From NCBI GenBank assembly GCA_050486105.1, contig JBJHCR010000002.1, positions 1 to 62,268 on the forward strand: DNA of 62,268 nt, written 5' to 3'. Positions 18,293-24,859 of the stretch are shown here, in pieces. Made by a program: the position numbers and the translations under genes. The first letter of the stretch is position 1. Each line of letters starts with the position of its first letter. This stretch comes from Vulcanimicrobiota bacterium. Lineage in GTDB: Bacteria > Vulcanimicrobiota > Xenobia > Xenobiales > JADMJV01. Under the pieces are notes generated by a model. The model was not told the DNA's origin. It did no database searches and was given only the letters and a program-made list of their open reading frames with translations.

Positions 18293-20647
18293 ATGAAGCG
18301 AGTCCTGATCGCCATGATCCCTGAAAATATCGCCGAATGGATCGAGATCCGACTCGGGGGAATTCGAGTTGTTTCCAGAGATTCGGTAGCAATGAGTCTC
18401 GAGGCGATGCAGGCCGACACCTGGGATCTGATCCTCATTCAACATACAGAATTTGGGCCCCAAGAATCGGAAGAACTGGGAAGTCTAGACTTGCTCGAGG
18501 CCATTCGGCAAACGGACAAGGGGCAAGACACCCCAGTTATTTACGTCTTGGACTCTCCTCCCTCCCGGACCTTGATGAATCAATTGGTCGACACCTACCA
18601 GGTGGCTCGAATTCTGGTCCACCCCCTGGACCCCGAAGATCTGCTGGTGGAGGTGTCGAGAACCCTGAGGCTCTCCCAAATCAACCCAGGAGACGAGCGA
18701 ACCACAGCCCTAAAGAAGCTGTGGCAGAAATTCCTCCCGACCACCATCTCCAGAATTGAAACCTTAGAAAACATGGGAATCGCTTTGGTAGAGGGGCGTG
18801 ACGACCAAGCTTTGCTCGTGAAAGCCGCAGGAGAGGCCCACAAACTGGCAGGTTCCCTGGGCTCCTTTGGTTATCCTCAAGGGTCGGTGCTGGCCAGTCG
18901 TCTGGAACAGATGCTCTCTGAAGAAGTGAGTGTGGACCGGATACCTGAGTTCACCGACCTAGTCCTCAAGCTCCGGAGTTTGATCAACACTCCCGGTGCG
19001 GTAATCAAGCAAAGCGTCGAACCCCTGGGACAGCAGGTCCTGCTCTTGGATGCTCCAGGACAACCCATTCAACTGCCTGTGAAGCAGAGAAACTTTGAGC
19101 TCTTGCGCTCAGAGCATCCAGGACAAGCCATTAAGCACCTTCAGGACAGCAGACCAGGGGCCATAATCGTTCACCTTGGAGTGAGCACCGAAGAGGAAGA
19201 GCGATTCGAATTTCTCCGCAACGCATCTCGTCGCCATCCCGATCTTCCGGTGTTGGTTCTGCTCCCGGAAACAGACCTGGAGCACCGGGTTAAAGCGCTC
19301 AGGAACGGCGCGCAATACTTGCTTGACAGCACCGCTCCTGCTGGACAGATTCAAGACGCCATAGATAGAGTGCTTCAGCAAAAGTTGGAGAGGATTCCGA
19401 GAGTTCTGATCCTCGATGACGATCCTGTTTTTAACGCTTCGGTGGAAGACCTGCTGACGAGAGCCGGAATGAGGGCCCAAGCTATTGTGTCGCCAGCGGA
19501 TTTGATGGAGACTTTGCATTCGTTCAAGCCGGATATCGCTCTGGTTGACATAAATCTTCCGATCATGTCAGGAATCGAAGTCTGTAGGCTTCTCAGGGGT
19601 CTAAGTCGCTGGAACGCCCTTCCAATTGTGCTGATGACCGCTGAAAAGCAATCCGACACGGTAATCAAGGTATTTCGCTGTGGGGCCGACGACTACGTGG
19701 CCAAGCCTGTAGTAGGCCCGGAATTGATAGCAAGAATTCGGAATCGTCTAGAGCGGCAGCAAACCGTCATCGATCTCGGGAGTACCGATCCGGTCACCGG
19801 ACTAGCTTCTTGGACCAGAGCCCGACCAAGACTCCGCAGCTTTCTGGATCTGTCTCGTCGTTCTGGACAGCCCTTGACCTTGGTCCTTCTGGAACTCGAC
19901 GATCTCAAGAACATGAGTCCCCAGAGTGCTGATCGAGAACTAGCTTGTCTCGGTCAGACCTTCGGCAACAGCTTCCGAAGTGAAGACACCGTTGCCAAGT
20001 ATGTTGGTGACCGCCTGATCTTGGGCCTTTACGGAATGCGACTCAGTGATGGCTTAGAGAGGTTGAATGGATTACTGTTGCGTTATAGTGAACGCTGGGG
20101 GAAAACATTCTCTGCTGGACTGGCCACCTTTCCTCAAGACGGGGACTCTCTTGACAGCTTGATCAACATGGCTGATCGCGCCCTGGAAAAAGCTCAAGGC
20201 CTGGGAGGGGGTCGAGTGGTCTCCGGCCAGACCACCTACTCCATAGGAAATTCTACCAAACAGCAGGTGGACGTCGGAGTGGTGGAAGACGATGCCCTAC
20301 TGGCACCGCTCGTTCTGCACGCTCTAGAGAACAAGGGATATCAGACTTTCTGGATCTCTGACGGCCTGGAAGCTTCTCGAAAACTTGTGGGAAAATCCTC
20401 TGACCGACGTGCTCGGGTTCTCCTGCTGGACGTGGACCTTCCCGGATTGTCGGGATATCAATTGCTGCGACAACTCAAAGAAGCAGGTAATTTGGACCAA
20501 ACCAAGGTCATACTGCTGACAGCCCGCACCGCTCAAAGCGATGTCCTAAAAAGTCTGGAAATGGGGGCCGTCGATCACGTCTCAAAACCATTCAGCCTGC
20601 CAGTGCTCCTCGAGAAAGTTCGGCAAGCTCTCAAGTCCGGCGACTGA
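18293..20647 (+). CDS. multidomain response regulator: pseudo-REC / HPt / pseudo-REC / REC / degenerate GGDEF (I-site retained) / REC
   Basis: The HPt motif is EAHKLAGSLGSFG (His183). REC3 is canonical (ILDDD...ALVDINLP...LMTAEK...YVAKP), as is REC4 (VVEDD...LLLDVDLP...LLTART...HVSKP). In REC1 and REC2 the acceptor Asp is replaced (LILIQH, IIVHLG). In the GGDEF domain the active site reads VGDRL, preceded by RSED at the canonical 5-residue spacing. Confidence 0.85.
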   Translation: MKRVLIAMIPENIAEWIEIRLGGIRVVSRDSVAMSLEAMQADTWDLILIQHTEFGPQESEELGSLDLLEAIRQTDKGQDTPVIYVLDSPPSRTLMNQLVDTYQVARILVHPLDPEDLLVEVSRTLRLSQINPGDERTTALKKLWQKFLPTTISRIETLENMGIALVEGRDDQALLVKAAGEAHKLAGSLGSFGYPQGSVLASRLEQMLSEEVSVDRIPEFTDLVLKLRSLINTPGAVIKQSVEPLGQQVLLLDAPGQPIQLPVKQRNFELLRSEHPGQAIKHLQDSRPGAIIVHLGVSTEEEERFEFLRNASRRHPDLPVLVLLPETDLEHRVKALRNGAQYLLDSTAPAGQIQDAIDRVLQQKLERIPRVLILDDDPVFNASVEDLLTRAGMRAQAIVSPADLMETLHSFKPDIALVDINLPIMSGIEVCRLLRGLSRWNALPIVLMTAEKQSDTVIKVFRCGADDYVAKPVVGPELIARIRNRLERQQTVIDLGSTDPVTGLASWTRARPRLRSFLDLSRRSGQPLTLVLLELDDLKNMSPQSADRELACLGQTFGNSFRSEDTVAKYVGDRLILGLYGMRLSDGLERLNGLLLRYSERWGKTFSAGLATFPQDGDSLDSLINMADRALEKAQGLGGGRVVSGQTTYSIGNSTKQQVDVGVVEDDALLAPLVLHALENKGYQTFWISDGLEASRKLVGKSSDRRARVLLLDVDLPGLSGYQLLRQLKEAGNLDQTKVILLTARTAQSDVLKSLEMGAVDHVSKPFSLPVLLEKVRQALKSGD

Positions 20648-20665
20648 AAACATCATGACCATCCT

Positions 20666-21733
20666 ATGACCTACGAACAGCTCTCTAGCTCAACGCTCTA
20701 TTGGCCCACGGTGGTCGAGTTGGTTTTGTTCTGTCTGGCCACAGCGGTCTTGCTTGGTCGAAGCGCCTGGCAGTCTTATTGGGAACACAGGCTCAAGGCA
20801 AGCTTCGAGGCCTGCTATCTGAAGGTGGTGGCTTATCTCACTGAGCAGCACAGCGACCTCGAAGATTCTGCCCAGGCGGTGAAGAAGCTTCCCCAACCAG
20901 AACGACTCAGACTCATCGGAGGACTCACGCTCCATCTGGCTGGGGAAGATCAGGTCCGACTCCTAGCGCTCGCCGATGCCACCGGCCTCATGGAAACCGC
21001 AAGTTCTGGATGTCGAGACCACCGCTGGTGGGTCCGTCTCCAAGGTGTTCGGACTCTAGTGACCTTGGGCAAAGCAGACCAAATACCTGAGACCCTGGTG
21101 AGAGATCCCCACTACTTGGTGCGAGCGGAAGCCGCCTACCTTTGGACCAGCCGGGGAACCGAAGGTATCGCGAGCTTGATCGAACTCCTAGGAGAGCCAT
21201 CTATGGTGGCTCGCTTCACCGTACAAGACGCCCTTTTGCGGATGGGGCAAGCCGTGGGGGAACCCCTCTCGAAGTTTCTAGCCAAGGAGGAGCAAGCAGG
21301 GACTTTGCCGGCTCTCGAAGTGGCCAGCCGGCTCGCCCACCCTGCCACCCTGATAGCTATCCTCAACCTCGCCAACAGTGAAGACGCCGAAATTCGAACG
21401 GCCTCGGCCAAGGCCTTAGGAGGCTTGGGAGGCAAGGACGCTCAAGACAAACTCTTGCATCTCCTCGACGACGTGAACCCCGAAGTGCGGGTCGCGGCAG
21501 CCGAAGCCGTAGGAGTTCTCTCAGATTGGAAGGCCACAGCCAAACTTGCAACCCTGCTGAGCGACGAGAACTGGCCGGTGCGAAAGGCCGCCGGTCTAGC
21601 TCTGATCCAAACCGGTCCTCCTGGAAAGTTGTATCTGACTCGATATGCTCGAGAAGATAAGAGTATGGCAGGAATCATGTCTCGCTATGTCTTGGCCCTT
21701 CCCTACGAACCCCACCCGGAGGAGTCTTTTTGA
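20666..21733 (+). CDS. membrane-anchored HEAT-repeat (PBS-lyase-type) protein
   Basis: One N-terminal TM helix (LYWPTVVELVLFCLATAVLLG) is followed by about six HEAT-like repeats (DPHYLVRAEAA, DAEIRTASAKALGGLG, DVNPEVRVAAAEAVGVL, DENWPVRKAAGLALIQTG). Its stop overlaps the start of the GT2 gene. Confidence 0.7.
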   Translation: MTYEQLSSSTLYWPTVVELVLFCLATAVLLGRSAWQSYWEHRLKASFEACYLKVVAYLTEQHSDLEDSAQAVKKLPQPERLRLIGGLTLHLAGEDQVRLLALADATGLMETASSGCRDHRWWVRLQGVRTLVTLGKADQIPETLVRDPHYLVRAEAAYLWTSRGTEGIASLIELLGEPSMVARFTVQDALLRMGQAVGEPLSKFLAKEEQAGTLPALEVASRLAHPATLIAILNLANSEDAEIRTASAKALGGLGGKDAQDKLLHLLDDVNPEVRVAAAEAVGVLSDWKATAKLATLLSDENWPVRKAAGLALIQTGPPGKLYLTRYAREDKSMAGIMSRYVLALPYEPHPEESF

Positions 21734-23133
21734 ACATTTGGCTTGAGCAACTCATTCTGGTCTATTTTCTCTTCGTCAACACCTTCTACGCTCTAGCCTT
21801 GCTTTTTGCAGCCCGAGAAATGAAGGACCATAAGAGACAGATCTGGGGAGAAAATTCGTACCGACTTTTGAGCTCCGAGATCACTCCCAAGGTCAGCGTT
21901 CTGGCTCCTGCTTTCAATGAAGAGTTGACCGTCGTAGGAAGTGTCAGGGCCCTCCTCAACCTGCACTACTCCAACTTGGAGGTGGTGGTTATCAACGACG
22001 GTTCTCCGGACCGCACCCTCGAAGTGCTGGTTCAGGCCTTCAAGCTTAAGCCCGTGGAACCGACCTATCACCTACAGCTCAAGACCTCTGAAATTCGAGG
22101 CTTGTACTTGACTCCGGACTACCCGAATCTGGTGGTGGTTGACAAAGTCAATGGGGGCAAGGCTGACGCCTTGAATCTTGGTCTTCAGATCGCTTCCGGA
22201 AAACTGATCTGCGCTATCGATGCCGACACTCTGGTGGAGTTCGACGCTCTCCAGAAAATGGTCAGGCCGTTTCTGTATCAAAACGATGTGGTTTGTGCTG
22301 GAGGGACTCTGCGAGTTCTCAATGGCAGCGTCGTTCAGGGAGGGGCGGTGAAGGAGGTCCGGACCCCGAGAACCCCACTGGAAGGCTTTCAAGCCGTGGA
22401 GTACGTGAGAGCCTTCCTGTTCGGACGCTTGGGGCTCAACAGAATGGGGGGGAATCTGATCATTTCCGGGGCCTTTGGCCTCTTTGACCGTCAGGCGATG
22501 GTCTCTGCTGGTGGCTATGCCCACGATTCTGTGGGTGAAGACATGGAACTGGTGGTGCGACTGCGTCGACTGGGGGTGGAGAACAAAACCGCTTCCAAGG
22601 CCGTTTTCATCCCCGATCCGGTGGCCTGGACCGAGGTTCCCTCATCCTTGCGAGTGCTCTTTCGTCAGAGAGATCGCTGGCATCGAGGACTGGCCGACGT
22701 TCTCTGGAGGCACAAAAAACTGTGTCTAAACCCAAAATACCGAGCCATGGGAAGCGTGGTCTACCCTTACTTCCTAACGGTAGAGTTGTTGAGCCCTCTG
22801 GTGGAAGCGGCAGGCCTGGCGCTAGTACTCTGGCAAGCCTATACCGGAGAGCTGTCCCTGAAATTCTTCTTGCTCTTTTTCCTGGTAGCCTATGGCTATG
22901 GAATACTCTTAAGTATTTTTGCCATGCTCCTCGACGAAGAGATCTTTGGCCGCTTTAAAACCGTTAAAGAGAGGGTCATCCTTTTGTTTTGGGTCCTGCT
23001 GGAAAACCTCGGTTACCGCCAATTCACCGTCCTGGCCAGACTCAGAGGGCTCTTCAAGTATCTCTTAGGTGACACCGCCTGGGGCAAAATGGAGCGCCAG
23101 GGTCTGACCAAAGAAACAGATGATGAGGAATAG
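21730..23133 (+). CDS. processive family-2 glycosyltransferase (PgaC/IcaA/BcsA-like polysaccharide synthase)
   Basis: A TTG start overlaps the upstream TGA. Motifs present are VLAPAFNEE, INDGSPD, DADT (DxD) and RQRDRWHRG (QxxRW). TM helices lie at the N-terminus and in the C-terminal third. There is no C-terminal PilZ-sized extension. Confidence 0.85.
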   Translation: MNIWLEQLILVYFLFVNTFYALALLFAAREMKDHKRQIWGENSYRLLSSEITPKVSVLAPAFNEELTVVGSVRALLNLHYSNLEVVVINDGSPDRTLEVLVQAFKLKPVEPTYHLQLKTSEIRGLYLTPDYPNLVVVDKVNGGKADALNLGLQIASGKLICAIDADTLVEFDALQKMVRPFLYQNDVVCAGGTLRVLNGSVVQGGAVKEVRTPRTPLEGFQAVEYVRAFLFGRLGLNRMGGNLIISGAFGLFDRQAMVSAGGYAHDSVGEDMELVVRLRRLGVENKTASKAVFIPDPVAWTEVPSSLRVLFRQRDRWHRGLADVLWRHKKLCLNPKYRAMGSVVYPYFLTVELLSPLVEAAGLALVLWQAYTGELSLKFFLLFFLVAYGYGILLSIFAMLLDEEIFGRFKTVKERVILLFWVLLENLGYRQFTVLARLRGLFKYLLGDTAWGKMERQGLTKETDDEE

Positions 23134-23140
23134 ACTCACC

Positions 23141-24859
23141 TTAGAACCTAAAGCGCATGCGCACTGTACCTGCGGTGTATTGAAATCCTTGGATCGAGGA
23201 GATGGCTGAGGTGGTGGTCAATCCTGAGAGTTCGATCTCGGCATTGTCGTTGAAGCGGTATCCGACGCCTGCCGACAACCGATAGACGAATTGAGGGTCT
23301 TCGACATCGATCGTTTGGTAGCCCGCGGCTCCCCCTAAGGAATAGATCCAAGGGTCGTCAGGATCTCGACGCTCCATTTCTGCGAACACCTCACCCACTT
23401 GAAAGGTGGGAGGGTTGAAATAGCCACTGAAGGTGCGGCGAGCATAATCGAGTTGCCGGAAACTGGCCCCAACCCGCAGGTCCGGAGTCATCCCCCGTAT
23501 GCGGTGAGCGAAGCTCGCCGAGTAGACGTTTCGGGAGTTCTGGTCTGAGAATGTGGAGCGAGCATAGCCCAGGCGGAGTTCATTGTCGGCCGGAAGCCGC
23601 ATACGGTAACCAAGGTCCACGGTGTCCATGGAGATGGCGTTCTCCACCAGTTGGGCCGTCTCTACCAGGATCTCCCGATTGTAACCGACCACCAGGTGGT
23701 GATCCGGATGAGGAGTGACCTGAAAGTTCAAACCTCCAATGGTCTCGCTTTGCCCTTGAGCCTGGTGTGGATCGAGAGAGACGGTGCCCAGCGAGGCGTT
23801 CATCGCAAGCTCGGGAGAGAATCGGGTGGAGACATTGGCAGTCAGCACCTCGGCCCGCCCAGAGAGCTCCTGATCCGGATTGCGATTATAAAAGTTCCGA
23901 TAGCTCAAGCGAAAACGGGTCTGCGGGTCCAAGGATACGGCGGCATCGGTTCCATAAATTTGTAGTTGGTTGTTGTCGCTGTCCTTAACGGTGGTGAACA
24001 CCGGGCTTAACTCAGGGGCCGTGGCCAAGCGCAGCAAGCGCAAGCTCTTCCGAGCGTCGTCGTGATTAGGATTGAGTTCCAGAGCCCTCTCTGTGTGACT
24101 ATAGGCCTCGCGGTTCATCCCTTGCCAGCGCCTGACATCTCCTAATCCGGCGTGAGCATCGGCACTTTCCGGATTTTCCTCCAAGATGGACTCGTACTTC
24201 TTGATGGCGGCAGCCAGATCATCGCTCCAAGCCAGGACGCGAGCGATCCCCAGCTGAGCCTCAACATTATCGGGAGAGTCCTCCAGAACACTGCAGTAGG
24301 AAGCGATGGCCTCATCGAAACGATCGCTCCAGCTCTGAACTCGAGCGATTCCCATACGAGCCTCGATATTTTTGGGATCTCGTTCAAGGATATGCCGATA
24401 AACGGTGATGGCCTCGTCGAACCTATTGGCCCAAGAGAGAGTGCGAGCCAAGCCCAAGCGAGCCTGAAGATCTCCAGGTCGCTCTTCGATAAGTTCGGTA
24501 TAGAGACGAGCGCTCTCGGAGAGGTCCCCCTTCCAGGCCAGGACTCTGGCTAAACTGCTACGCAGTTCCGGATCTCCGGGAACCAAATCCAGGGCCGAAC
24601 GATAGGCCTCTATGGACTCGGGCAGACGGTTCTCCCAGCTCAGGAGTAGCCCCAACCTGGACCAAGCTTCAATGTTGGCAGGCTCTAACTCCACCACTCG
24701 TCGATACAGACTCAAGCTTTCGGAGTACTCTTCTTGAACAAACTTCTGCTGGGCCTGCTCCATGATTCGGGGAATATCGTCCGTTTCAGCCCAAGCCGCT
24801 GGACCCCACAAGAGAAAGGTGGTGATCACCATCAAAAGAGTTTTTGCTGACGGCCTCAT
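23141..24859 (-). CDS. TPR-repeat + C-terminal beta-barrel outer-membrane protein (PgaA/BcsC/PelB-type polysaccharide export porin)
   Basis: A signal peptide is followed by about 7 very regular 34-aa TPRs (…EAxxGLARVLxWxxRxDEAIxxY…). The C-terminal half has alternating beta-strand-like sequence and ends in ...VRMRFRF (terminal Phe, the OMP signature). The ATG overlaps the upstream TGA. Confidence 0.7.
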   Translation of the reverse strand: MRPSAKTLLMVITTFLLWGPAAWAETDDIPRIMEQAQQKFVQEEYSESLSLYRRVVELEPANIEAWSRLGLLLSWENRLPESIEAYRSALDLVPGDPELRSSLARVLAWKGDLSESARLYTELIEERPGDLQARLGLARTLSWANRFDEAITVYRHILERDPKNIEARMGIARVQSWSDRFDEAIASYCSVLEDSPDNVEAQLGIARVLAWSDDLAAAIKKYESILEENPESADAHAGLGDVRRWQGMNREAYSHTERALELNPNHDDARKSLRLLRLATAPELSPVFTTVKDSDNNQLQIYGTDAAVSLDPQTRFRLSYRNFYNRNPDQELSGRAEVLTANVSTRFSPELAMNASLGTVSLDPHQAQGQSETIGGLNFQVTPHPDHHLVVGYNREILVETAQLVENAISMDTVDLGYRMRLPADNELRLGYARSTFSDQNSRNVYSASFAHRIRGMTPDLRVGASFRQLDYARRTFSGYFNPPTFQVGEVFAEMERRDPDDPWIYSLGGAAGYQTIDVEDPQFVYRLSAGVGYRFNDNAEIELSGLTTTSAISSIQGFQYTAGTVRMRFRF

